Source: a candidate division FCPU426 bacterium (GTDB lineage Bacteria; Oederibacteriota; Muellerivitia; Muellerivitales; Muellerivitaceae). Taken from it: a DNA stretch of 64,000 nucleotides. Every line of letters starts with the position of its first letter. Within the stretch, counting starts at the first letter, position 1. The translations under genes were made by a program, and so were the position numbers. Of this stretch, positions 29,737 through 39,237 are shown piece after piece. The notes below the pieces were generated by a model. That model worked only from the letters and a program-made list of their open reading frames with translations, was not told where the DNA came from and searched no databases. Location of the stretch: assembly GCA_963847625.1 (NCBI GenBank), contig CAWKAR010000003.1, forward strand, positions 96,001 to 160,000, read 5' to 3'.

Positions 29737-31008
29737 TCATTTTTCGGGATTTTCGGTCAGTGAAAATATTTCATTCAGCATTCGCGCATACTCAAGGCGG
29801 TCCCGATCGGTTTTCACCTTTTTCAGGTTGACCGAGGGCTCGTGTAGCAAGCGCGCCGTCAGATCGTGGACGAGACGTTCCACCGCTTTTCTTTCATTCT
29901 CCGACAGGTTGGGATGTTTTTTCAGGAATTCCTCCCATTCCGCGCGCCTAACTTCCTCAAAGCTGTCTCTCAGCCTCACCACGGTTGGCACCAATTCCAG
30001 CGAGTTGTACCAGGTGCAAAGCTTTTCCACCTCCTCGCGCAGGATAGCCTCGGCCGATTTCACGGCTTTCAACCGCCCGGCGCGGTTGGCTTCCGCGAGG
30101 CCCGCTAAATTGTCGATATTGTAAAGATAGACCGATTCGATTTTCCCCGCCCCGGGGTCCACGTTCCGGGGCACGGCGATATCGATGATTAAGAGGGGTT
30201 TACCATTCCGGTTTTTCATGGCCGTTTCAACTTGTTCCCGGGCCAATTGGAATTTTCCGCCGCCCACCGAAGTCACCACGATGTCCATCCAATCCATCCG
30301 GTTCACCCCCCCCTCCAGGGTCAGGGCTTCACCGCCCAGCTTCGCGGCGAGGATTTTCGCCTTCTCCAGGGTCCTGTTGGCGATGAAAAGACCCTGCACG
30401 CCGGCGTCAGCGAGGTATTTGGCCGTCAGTTCCCCCATCTCACCCGCGCCCAAAAGCAGAACCCGTTGGCTGGACAAGTCGCTGAAAATCTTGCCGGCCA
30501 GGTCCACCGCCACGCTGGAAACGTTGGTGGGCATCCGGGAGATTTCTGTCTGAGCGCGCACCCTCTTGGCGGCGGAAAAGGCCCTGTGGAAAACGCCGTG
30601 TAAAACGGCTCCGACCATGGAGCCGCAATAGGCTTGCCGGAAGGCATCCTTGACCTGTCCGAGGATTTGGGCTTCCCCCACTACCATGGAATCCAGGGAG
30701 CTCGCCACCCGGAAAAGATGGAGAAATGCGTCCGGGCCTTCGTAAATGTAAAAATACTTTTGGATTTCAGGGGGTTTCAACCGGTGGATTCGTCCCAAAA
30801 CCTTCCGGATCCTAGCCAGGCACTGCCTTTCGGCGTCCGTAGCAACATAAAATTCCACCCGGTTGCAAGTGGAAAGGAATACCGCCTCGGCCGCCGCGGG
30901 CTTTAATTCCTCGAGAACTTTCAAAACCTTTTCGGGCGGCAAGGCGTACTTTTCCCGGGTTGGAAGCGGGGCGGTCCTATGATTCATTCCGTAGGCAATG
31001 AACTTCAT
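29737..31008 (-). CDS. hemA: Glutamyl-tRNA reductase
   Basis: GMNHRTAP, LSTCNRVE, SSLDSMVVGEAQILGQVK, GAGEMG, DIAVPRNVD. Confidence 0.97.
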   Translation of the reverse strand: MKFIAYGMNHRTAPLPTREKYALPPEKVLKVLEELKPAAAEAVFLSTCNRVEFYVATDAERQCLARIRKVLGRIHRLKPPEIQKYFYIYEGPDAFLHLFRVASSLDSMVVGEAQILGQVKDAFRQAYCGSMVGAVLHGVFHRAFSAAKRVRAQTEISRMPTNVSSVAVDLAGKIFSDLSSQRVLLLGAGEMGELTAKYLADAGVQGLFIANRTLEKAKILAAKLGGEALTLEGGVNRMDWMDIVVTSVGGGKFQLAREQVETAMKNRNGKPLLIIDIAVPRNVDPGAGKIESVYLYNIDNLAGLAEANRAGRLKAVKSAEAILREEVEKLCTWYNSLELVPTVVRLRDSFEEVRRAEWEEFLKKHPNLSENERKAVERLVHDLTARLLHEPSVNLKKVKTDRDRLEYARMLNEIFSLTENPEK

Positions 31009-31058
31009 CCGGTTTCCTTAGTCGTTGGTTCTCTAAAACATGTGAAAAGTTGATAAAA

Positions 31059-31088
31059 ACCCTCATTCTGCCTCCCCAGCGTGGACAA
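31059..31088 (+). repeat. Cassette-boundary site E (left arm degenerate)
   Basis: ACCCTCATTCT-GCCTCCCC-AGCGTGGACAA. Confidence 0.6.
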
Positions 31089-31584
31089 TGGTTCTTGGGA
31101 TTATTCGGAGTGTTTTTCCAACCAAGACTTTGATTCTTTCAGGATTTCCTTATCCAACTTCGCATTTCCCTTTTGGATCTTTTCTTATCAGGGGTTATTT
31201 CTCCCTCATACATATCGTCAAATTCCCAATAAAGTCCAACCAATATTTCAATCCCATGGGAATCCCCGGAATATATTTTGGTTTAGTTGCTTAAACCCGC
31301 AGGGTTAAAGACGTACCTCATTAGTTTCCAAAGGCCCCCCCACCGGTTTCACCGAACCATCGGTTATAGATTCAAGGTGGTATCGAATCATTATACCGAT
31401 ACACTTGGCACAGGGGGTGTGCCAGTCTATTCTTCCAATTTTTCCATAAACCTCCGGGTGAGATGATTACTAATTGGTAACCGTATTTAAAAGGGCTGGT
31501 AAAGTAGATACTTTGGCACTTTTTTTCGTAGTGGTATAATCTGAAATTGATAATCTTGATTAAATCTGATTAAAGGGAGTTTTT

Positions 31585-32019
31585 ATGCCATACGCCTCAA
31601 AATCCTCCAAAACACTTTGGCTGTTGCTTTCATCTCTGGTGGCAATTTTCACCCTGGCAATCACGATAGCGATGGCAGACGAGGCCGCGACCGCTTGGGT
31701 GGCACCCGCTAAAGCCGCGAAAGTGAAAAATCCAGTCACAGCCGACAGCAGTTCGACCGCTTTGGGCAAAAAAGTTTACACGGGAAAGTGCCTCTCCTGC
31801 CACGGAATCCAGGGCAAGGGCGACGGCCCCATGTTCAAGGTTTTGAAAAAGAAACCCGGCGATTTGACCTCGGCCGAGGTCAAGGCTGAAACCGACGGTG
31901 CCCTCTTCTGGAAAGTCACCAAGGGGAAAAACCCCATGCCCACCTTCGCCAAGAACCTGACCGACAAGGAACGTTGGAACGTTGTCAATTACCTCCGCAC
32001 ACTCAACGCCGCGAAGTAA
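31585..32019 (+). CDS. Periplasmic monoheme cytochrome c
   Basis: Signal peptide, CLSCH, distal Met (PMPTF). Confidence 0.92.
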   Translation: MPYASKSSKTLWLLLSSLVAIFTLAITIAMADEAATAWVAPAKAAKVKNPVTADSSSTALGKKVYTGKCLSCHGIQGKGDGPMFKVLKKKPGDLTSAEVKAETDGALFWKVTKGKNPMPTFAKNLTDKERWNVVNYLRTLNAAK

Positions 32020-32042
32020 ATTAATTTCGAAAGGGGGGAATT

Positions 32043-33455
32043 ATGGGTCATAGTCGAGTCGTGCCCGAAAAAAATACGTGGGGAATCAAATATCCTTTGT
32101 TGGGGTTGTTAGCCCTGGCGGTGATTTGGGGACTGACTTCCAGCGCCCAGGCCATTCCCAGCTTCTCGCGCCAAACCGGGATGTCCTGCGCGGCTTGCCA
32201 CACCGCTTTCCCGGAGTTGACTCCCTACGGCCGCTGGTTCAAGTTGAACGGCTATGTGTCCGGGGAAGCGGACCAAATCTCCGACAAGGACGATAAGACC
32301 GGCGACGTCGCGCTGGAGATCCAGAAGGGGCCTCCCCTATCGGCCATGCTCCAGGTCTCCGACGAGTTCGTGAAAAACCCAATTGATCCCAAACCCAATG
32401 CGGGAGACGATAATCGGGGTTTCTTGGCATTTCCAGCCCAATTCAGCCTTTTTTACGCAGGCGAAATCACCCCCAATATCGGTTCTTTTGTCCAATTCAC
32501 TTATGATTCCAGTTCGGGATCGTTCGGCTGGGACAACACCGATATCCGTTACGCCACCCATTTCGATTTGGGTGGAACCGATACGATTTTCGGTCTGACC
32601 TTGAACAACAATCCGACGGTTCAGGATGTATTCAACACCGTCCCGGCTTGGGGATTCCCGTATACCACCCCCATCTCTAATCTTCCCGCCCCGGCCGCTC
32701 CACAAATCACAGGGTTGGGGGGTAATGTCGGGGGTTTGGGAGCCTACTTATACTTGGATAAATTGCTCTATGTGGAGGCCAGCGCCTACCGGACCGCCTT
32801 CCAGGGTTTTGGCATCACTACTTCTTACCCCACTATCGAGGGTTTCGCTCCCTACGGGCGTTTGGCCTTGATAGAAGAATTCGGGGACAACTCGGTGGAA
32901 ATCGGCGCCACGGGGATGGTTTTGGACGAGAGTCCCTTGGATGGAAGCGCCATCCCCCCGGGGATATCGCCGGACCGCTACGTGGATTACTCGGTGGACG
33001 CCCAATATCAATACACCACCAAAGACATCCAGGGATCCATCCAAGCTTCATGGATGAACGAGGATCAAACTTTGAACGCCTCGCAGGCCAATGCGTTATC
33101 AGCCAATTTAAACAATAATCTCCAGCTTCTCAAAGTGGCAGGCACCGTTTACCACCAACGCAAAATGGGGTTGACCCTGGCTTATTTCGGGGTCACCGGC
33201 ACCACTGACACGACCCTTTATGCCCCGGCCCAATATACTGGTAGCGCCAACGGAAGCCCGGAATCTGATGGTTTGATCTATGAGATCAATTTTGTACCCT
33301 GGCTGAATACCAAATTCACGCTCCAGTACACCGAATATTTTAAATTCAACGGGACGGATGACACGGTGATAAGCGGTGTGGGTTATGATGGTGTCAGCGC
33401 CCGCAAAGCCTCCGATAATAACACCCTGATGGCCATGGCTTGGCTGGCTTATTAA
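32043..33455 (+). CDS. cyc2: Cyc2-like fused monoheme cytochrome c/outer-membrane porin
   Basis: After the signal peptide: AIPSFSRQTGMSCAACHTAFPELTPYGRWFKLNGY (Cyc2 N-terminal signature), then a beta-barrel-like region ending in an aromatic residue. Confidence 0.8.
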   Translation: MGHSRVVPEKNTWGIKYPLLGLLALAVIWGLTSSAQAIPSFSRQTGMSCAACHTAFPELTPYGRWFKLNGYVSGEADQISDKDDKTGDVALEIQKGPPLSAMLQVSDEFVKNPIDPKPNAGDDNRGFLAFPAQFSLFYAGEITPNIGSFVQFTYDSSSGSFGWDNTDIRYATHFDLGGTDTIFGLTLNNNPTVQDVFNTVPAWGFPYTTPISNLPAPAAPQITGLGGNVGGLGAYLYLDKLLYVEASAYRTAFQGFGITTSYPTIEGFAPYGRLALIEEFGDNSVEIGATGMVLDESPLDGSAIPPGISPDRYVDYSVDAQYQYTTKDIQGSIQASWMNEDQTLNASQANALSANLNNNLQLLKVAGTVYHQRKMGLTLAYFGVTGTTDTTLYAPAQYTGSANGSPESDGLIYEINFVPWLNTKFTLQYTEYFKFNGTDDTVISGVGYDGVSARKASDNNTLMAMAWLAY

Positions 33456-33506
33456 CCCGGCTCTAAAAACAACCTTGAGTATCGGCTTTCATAGGGCTTA
33501 ATATCG

Positions 33507-33539
33507 AAAGCCCCCGGGTTTTCCCCGGGGACTTTTTTT
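33507..33539 (+). terminator. Rho-independent terminator
   Basis: CCCCGGG-TTTTC-CCCGGGG stem followed by ACTTTTTTT. Confidence 0.75.
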
Positions 33540-33572
33540 CTAAACCGTTTTAAAACACCGTAAGGAATTCAC

Positions 33573-33845
33573 ATGCCCGTAAAGATTCCCCACCACCATC
33601 AACACACCGAGACCCATCAGGTTTCCTCCGCGGCCCTTAGGGACATCGTCATAGGCCTTTCCGACGGTCTCACCGTTCCCTTCGCGCTCGCGGCGGGCTT
33701 GAGCGAAGCCGTTTCTAGCAACTCCATCATCCTCATCGCGGGCTTGGCGGAAATCATCGCTGACACCATCTCCTCCTTCATCCAGGGCGGATCTAGGCCT
33801 TTTTTATTTTTTCACCCTGCTTTTCGGGGCTGTAAAGAAGACTGA
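33573..33845 (+). pseudogene. Truncated VIT1/CCC1 iron transporter (N-terminal part only)
   Basis: RDIVIGLSDGLTVPFALAAGLS...IAGLAEIIA; resemblance ends after about 65 aa. Confidence 0.75.
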
Positions 33846-34001
33846 GTGGAAGTGGGTCCTATCAGGGGCTTGAAGGAGGATGAACGCACCAAGTAAATGA
33901 CGTCCAGCGCCAAGGATCATCAGTCGGCCGTTTTCAGAATCTGTGGCACGGTCGGGGAAAACGGTTTAAAATTGTGGCATGTTTTTTTGAAAGAGGCTCG
34001 C

Positions 34002-34394
34002 ATGAAGATCACGAAAATGGATCGTGTGTGGTATTTCCCGCTTTTCCTTTCCTTAACGGTTTTCCTTTCCACTTTTTGCACGGCCCTGGGTGAAGACCTG
34101 GAACTCGGGAAAAAACTCTTCGAAGGAAAATGCGCTCGATGCCATGGCAAGGTCGGGACGGGAAACCCCAAAATGGCCAAGCTGTTGAAAGTGCCTCTGA
34201 AAAAAGTCGACTTGCATCGGGACGAAGTCGTCCGTATGTCCGCATACCAAATCGAGGCGATGATCGATTCCGGTAAACATCGGATGCCAAAGTACAGGGG
34301 TAAATTGACGGACATGCAAATCCACGAGATCGCCCAGTACGTAAAGACCTTGACCGGAAACGAAAGCCGGAAAGAAGACGAAACCCCAAAATAA
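34002..34394 (+). CDS. Monoheme cytochrome c
   Basis: Probable start MKITKM; CARCH, RMPKY. Confidence 0.85.
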   Translation: MKITKMDRVWYFPLFLSLTVFLSTFCTALGEDLELGKKLFEGKCARCHGKVGTGNPKMAKLLKVPLKKVDLHRDEVVRMSAYQIEAMIDSGKHRMPKYRGKLTDMQIHEIAQYVKTLTGNESRKEDETPK

Positions 34395-34501
34395 GGCCTA
34401 AGGGAACCCGTGTTTCCCGCCCCGGATACGCCGCTGAGATTCCAGCCGGGCACTGAGTTCCGAAGTTTTTTAAACGCATTAAATTCCCCGAAGGAGAAGA
34501 A

Positions 34502-35008
34502 ATGTATCCGTCCGGAAAAAAGCTCAATGATCCCGTAAATCCCGGCCGCCGAAGATTCCTTGCAGGGGTCATCGCCTTTTTGGGCGGCGTTATCGCCTTT
34601 ATGTTGGGTGGCGGAGGGGCCGTTTATTTCCTTTCGCCCGCCTGGCGGGGGAAAAAGGAGAACTGGGTGGAAGCCGGTCCCGAGACCGACCTGCCTGAGG
34701 GGCAGCCCGTTAAGAAGGAATTTATCCAGCGGACCATTGATGGATGGGCTACCAATGAAAACCGCGGCACCGTCTGGCTGTTGAAGGACAAGGGCACACT
34801 CACGGCTTTCAATCCCCATTGCACCCATCTGGGTTGCCCATACCGCTGGGATCCCGATAAGAATCTTTTCCTTTGTCCCTGCCATAACGGCGTTTATGAC
34901 AAAAACGGAAGGGTGGTTTCCGGCCCCCCGCCCCGGCCGTTGGACCGCTATCCCATGAAGGTGGAAAACGGGATGATCACGATCCTGCCTGAGGAGGCGA
35001 AGTCATGA
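34502..35008 (+). CDS. Rieske 2Fe-2S subunit of bc complex (Tat substrate)
   Basis: GRRRFL twin-arginine; CTHLGC, CPCH, GPPPRPL. Confidence 0.95.
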   Translation: MYPSGKKLNDPVNPGRRRFLAGVIAFLGGVIAFMLGGGGAVYFLSPAWRGKKENWVEAGPETDLPEGQPVKKEFIQRTIDGWATNENRGTVWLLKDKGTLTAFNPHCTHLGCPYRWDPDKNLFLCPCHNGVYDKNGRVVSGPPPRPLDRYPMKVENGMITILPEEAKS

Positions 35009-36633
35009 AAGAGATCCTCGACTGGCTGGACGAACGCACAGGCTGGAAAAAAGTCAAGGAAGTCATCTTCGACCGCCACATTCCCAAGGGGGTGAACTGG
35101 TGGTACACGCTGGGCAGCGTTACCCTTTTCCTCTTCGTGATTCAGGTTGTGACTGGCATCCTCTTGGCCATGCATTATTCGCCCTCGCCCGACCATGCTT
35201 ACGACTCGGTGCGTTACATCACCAACACCGTCCCCATGGGCAAACTCCTCCGGAGCCTGCACAAGTGGGGCGCCACCGGCATGGTGGTGGCGGTGGCCCT
35301 GCACTTGATACGGGTTTTCTTCATGGGAGCATACAAGTATCCCCGGGAAATGACCTGGCTGACGGGTGTCGGGCTCTTTTGCCTCGTGATCGGTTTTGGC
35401 TTCACCGGCTATCTGTTGCCATGGGATCAAAAAGCTTATTGGGCGACAACCGTGGGGGCCCACATGGTGGAACAAGTCCCGGTTCTGGGGCCCTCACTCG
35501 GCAAAATCATGAAAGGGAGCCAGGAACTGGGAGTCGTGACTCTGGCCCGGTTTTACGCCATTCACGTGTTGGTTTTTCCCGCCATCGCCCTTTCCCTGAT
35601 CGTCTTGCATCTGTTTTTAGTCATTTGGCATGGCATTTCGGCCCCGCCGGAAAGATTGGAAGCTGCGGATGCCCGGGCGACGGATTGGAAGGGCCGCCAG
35701 TGGGAAAAGTACCAGGAAGCCAAGGCCAAGGGGCTTTCCTTCTGGCCTTACATCATTTTCAAGGACATGGTGGCGGTCACGCTGGTTTTCTTGGCTGTTT
35801 CCCTCGTGGCCTATCTCCGCCCCGCGGATCTGGAAGACCTGGCGAATCCAACCGATACGACTTACAATCCGCGCCCCGAGTGGTACTTCCTCTCGGTTTT
35901 TCAACTCTTAAAGTATTTCCCGGGATCATTGGAAGCATTCGCCATTGTGTTGCTTCCGTTGATCGCTTTCGGCCTTTTACTCGGCCTGCCCTTTCTGGAT
36001 CGAAACCCCAAGCGTCATCCGCTTCAAAGACCTTTTTGGACGGGGGCGGGTATTGTTGCCATCGCGGGATTGATCGTGTTAACCGTCCTGGGAGCGCGTT
36101 CGCCCCTGACCAACCCGGAGGTCAAGAAGGACCCCCTCATCACCGAGGGCAAACGGTTTTTTGAGGAATTTCATTGTGAGTACTGCCACAGCTTGAACGG
36201 GAGGGGGGGACAGGTGGGCCCGGCGCTGGACCAGGTGGGTATGAGGCGCAACCGCGATTGGCTGGCGGCCCATTTCCGGGATCCGAAGAAGATCACCCCG
36301 GGCAGCAAGATGCCCAACTTCAGGCTCCTGGACAGTGAAGTGGAGGCTTTGGTGGCCTATATGAGCAGCTTGGGTGGCGGAACATTCACGTCCCAGGCCC
36401 CTCGGCTTTACGAGGACAACTGCGCCACCTGCCACAAGTTCCACGGCGTGGGTGAGGAAATTGCCCCCGACCTTTCCCATATCGGCCAGGCCCGGGACGC
36501 GGTTTACATCGCGGCCTATATCAAGAACCCGCAAAAGCTCAATCCCGACGGCGCCATGCAGGCCTTCGAGGGCCAGTTGACTGACGCCCAGATCAACGAC
36601 CTTGCCCAATACCTGTACGTTCAAGGGAAGTAA
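35005..36633 (+). CDS. Cytochrome b fused to diheme cytochrome c
   Basis: GYLLPWDQKAYWA, PEWY, then CEYCH and CATCH. Confidence 0.93.
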   Translation: MKEILDWLDERTGWKKVKEVIFDRHIPKGVNWWYTLGSVTLFLFVIQVVTGILLAMHYSPSPDHAYDSVRYITNTVPMGKLLRSLHKWGATGMVVAVALHLIRVFFMGAYKYPREMTWLTGVGLFCLVIGFGFTGYLLPWDQKAYWATTVGAHMVEQVPVLGPSLGKIMKGSQELGVVTLARFYAIHVLVFPAIALSLIVLHLFLVIWHGISAPPERLEAADARATDWKGRQWEKYQEAKAKGLSFWPYIIFKDMVAVTLVFLAVSLVAYLRPADLEDLANPTDTTYNPRPEWYFLSVFQLLKYFPGSLEAFAIVLLPLIAFGLLLGLPFLDRNPKRHPLQRPFWTGAGIVAIAGLIVLTVLGARSPLTNPEVKKDPLITEGKRFFEEFHCEYCHSLNGRGGQVGPALDQVGMRRNRDWLAAHFRDPKKITPGSKMPNFRLLDSEVEALVAYMSSLGGGTFTSQAPRLYEDNCATCHKFHGVGEEIAPDLSHIGQARDAVYIAAYIKNPQKLNPDGAMQAFEGQLTDAQINDLAQYLYVQGK

Positions 36634-36687
36634 GCCAAGGTTTGAATCAAGGCGTTCTTTCCCGGCTCCTTCATGTATCATTTCATT

Positions 36688-37455
36688 CTAAATTTTTCTT
36701 CGGAAAAAAGCCAAGCGGGACATCCATATTCCCAACTCATAGAGAACCACCATGGGAACCGCGACGATGGTCATGGTGATGGGATCGGCGCTGGGGGCCA
36801 GGGCGGCCGCCAGGATGAAAATTCCCATAATGGCCAGCCGCCGTTTTTGGGCCATGAATTCGGGGGTGACGATTCCGATGGCCCCCAGCGCGGCCAGCAC
36901 CAGGGGAAACTCGAAAACCAGCCCGAAGATGACCGTGAAGCTCACGGCGAAGTTGAAATAACCCTGAAGGGTCCAGCGGGGTATAAAGTGGTATTCCAGG
37001 TTGTAATGGACTAGGAATTGGAGAGCCAAGGGGATGACCAGGAAATAGCTAAAGGCCGCGCCCGCCAGGAAAAACACAAGCCCCAGGCAAAAAACCATGA
37101 GGACGGCTCCCCGCTCCTTGGCCTTCAACGCGGGGCTGGCAAAATTCCAGGCTTCCCACAAGATGAAGGGCAAGGACAGGATCAGTCCCGCCGCCGTGGC
37201 CAGCTTCATGTTGATCATGAAGGCCTCGACGGGGACCAGGGTCTGGAGCCCATCCACCCGCAACGACGTCAGCGGAAACTTTTCCATGACGGTTCGCAGG
37301 GGACGCAAAAGGATTTCGAAAAGTAGGGCTGATTTCCAAAAGGCCAGTCCCACCCCCAAGGTCAGGTAAACCAGGGAATGGATCAGCGCTCTACGCAATT
37401 CCAGGAAATGATCAAAAAAATAACGGGGTTGGTCTTTGGTTTCAGGTTTGGTCAT
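36688..37455 (-). CDS. tatC: Twin-arginine translocase TatC
   Basis: FFDHFLELRRALI, PVEAF, FASPAL, FEFP, DPITM...LYELG. Confidence 0.95.
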   Translation of the reverse strand: MTKPETKDQPRYFFDHFLELRRALIHSLVYLTLGVGLAFWKSALLFEILLRPLRTVMEKFPLTSLRVDGLQTLVPVEAFMINMKLATAAGLILSLPFILWEAWNFASPALKAKERGAVLMVFCLGLVFFLAGAAFSYFLVIPLALQFLVHYNLEYHFIPRWTLQGYFNFAVSFTVIFGLVFEFPLVLAALGAIGIVTPEFMAQKRRLAIMGIFILAAALAPSADPITMTIVAVPMVVLYELGIWMSRLAFFRRKI

Positions 37456-37524
37456 GAAAGGGGTTCGCCTTTATATCAATGTCAATTGAGATCAATGTTA
37501 TAGCCCTTTGTCTTATAGTGAAAA

Positions 37525-39237
37525 CTAAACCGTGGCGGCTTTCCTAACCTTTAGGCCCACCAAGATCAGCAAGATCAGTTCCAGGGCCACGAAAGAGGTG
37601 ACGTAGGGCAGGCCGCCCTTGGAAAACCCGTAGCTGTGCAGGCCCACGCCCAAGACGAAGTTCACCCCGTACCAGGCCATGAGCACCCCGAGGAAAGCCG
37701 CTACCACCCCGATGATGAACCCCGCCTCCCGAAGCCAACCCGACAACCGGCCGTGGAGGATGGCCACGTAACCCAGCAGGGCAATCAAGGCCCAGGTTTC
37801 CTTGGGGTCCCATCCCCAGAACCTTCCCCAGGCATAGTTGGCCCAGACTCCCCCCAGGATGGTTCCCACCGCCAGGAACACCACACCCACCTGCACAATG
37901 CGGTAAAGGAGACGGGCCTGCCTCTGGAGAAGTTCGCGGTCCTGGTGCTTTTTCCATAGGGTCCAAAGCCCCAGATGGCCGATACCCAGTGAGAGTAAGA
38001 AAGCCGCGTAGCTGAGGGTGATGGTCAGGACGTGGATGGTGAGCCAGAAATTACTCCGGAGGACCGGCTCGATGGGCTGGATGGAGGGGTCCAGGACTGC
38101 TGGCACGTTATCCGCCAGGACGAAACCCACCACCGCCAGGGCCGAGCCGCAAATAATGAATTGTGGGTTCTTGTAAATCCTCTCGAACACCAGCGCGAAA
38201 ACCGTCATGCCGAAAGTGACCCAGATGAGGGATTCGTACATGTTGGAAACAGGAGGCCTTCCGGCGATGAGGCACCGAAGCGTGAAGCCGTATCCGCTGA
38301 TGAGGAGGCCGGCCAGGAACGCCGCGTAACCCAAGGAGTAGGTTCGCACACCCATGAGCAAAGAAAGCCCGAGGAGCAGGAAAGCGGTGAGGTGGAGAAT
38401 CCAAGCCAGGCGGAAAGGTTCCAGGCTGTTGTAATGGACCTCCCGCCCCATATCCGAGGGCGCGGGATAATCCTTTCCCCCGATCTGCCGAAGCATCCGG
38501 CCCAGGTCCTGGGTTTGCGCGAGGAAATCCGGAAAATTTTTCGCGTCGTAGCTTTTCATGATTCCGGCGAAGCAAAGCAGGATATCCCTGGCCGCATCGG
38601 GCATGCCAGCCTGATCCCGATCCAAGGCCCTTTTCAAATCCCCTAGGGAAGCCCACTTTTGGGTCTTAGGGTGAGCGATGGGGATGACCGTAAGGGCGTC
38701 CCCCGTTTGGATGTCCTCGAATTTCTGGAGCCGCCCCAGGACCGCCAGACTTTCCTTTTCCATGGGATTGAGGGACAGTTTTTGCCGCTGTTTCAGGATG
38801 TTGGACTTGGCGTAAGAAAGGAAACTTTCGTTATGGACAAGGCCATTATAATCGGCGTATTTTTCCCCCTTTTCCATCCCCAGGAGGTTCCTCAAATCCA
38901 GGTTCTCCACCAGCACGCATTTCTTTTTCTCCCAGTCCTTCGAGTGGGTGACCATGTCCAGGAGTATGTCCAGGGCCGTCCTGCCCTCGAACATTTCCTG
39001 GCCCGTGATCAACCGGACGCAATACCGGGCAAAGGTGTCCATCGGCTTGACCCTCCCCCCCTCCTGGATGGGGATGAGGGAGAGGGGCTTTAAGTCAAAA
39101 CCTTCCGCGCGGGCCGCCCCAACCGCCGAGAGAAGAATGAATAAAGTGAAAAAAGATTTGATCACGCATTTTCGCAGACAGACACGATTGAAAACCTTAT
39201 TCATATGAAGAACCCCTGTGTTCCTATTTTTAAGCAT
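37525..39237 (-). CDS. ccsA: Cytochrome c biogenesis protein CcsA/ResC (system II)
   Basis: PVLRSNFWLTIHV, WANYAWGRFWGWDPKETW, VGLHSY; start taken at 39237 (overlaps resB stop), uncertain. Confidence 0.93.
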   Translation of the reverse strand: MLKNRNTGVLHMNKVFNRVCLRKCVIKSFFTLFILLSAVGAARAEGFDLKPLSLIPIQEGGRVKPMDTFARYCVRLITGQEMFEGRTALDILLDMVTHSKDWEKKKCVLVENLDLRNLLGMEKGEKYADYNGLVHNESFLSYAKSNILKQRQKLSLNPMEKESLAVLGRLQKFEDIQTGDALTVIPIAHPKTQKWASLGDLKRALDRDQAGMPDAARDILLCFAGIMKSYDAKNFPDFLAQTQDLGRMLRQIGGKDYPAPSDMGREVHYNSLEPFRLAWILHLTAFLLLGLSLLMGVRTYSLGYAAFLAGLLISGYGFTLRCLIAGRPPVSNMYESLIWVTFGMTVFALVFERIYKNPQFIICGSALAVVGFVLADNVPAVLDPSIQPIEPVLRSNFWLTIHVLTITLSYAAFLLSLGIGHLGLWTLWKKHQDRELLQRQARLLYRIVQVGVVFLAVGTILGGVWANYAWGRFWGWDPKETWALIALLGYVAILHGRLSGWLREAGFIIGVVAAFLGVLMAWYGVNFVLGVGLHSYGFSKGGLPYVTSFVALELILLILVGLKVRKAATV

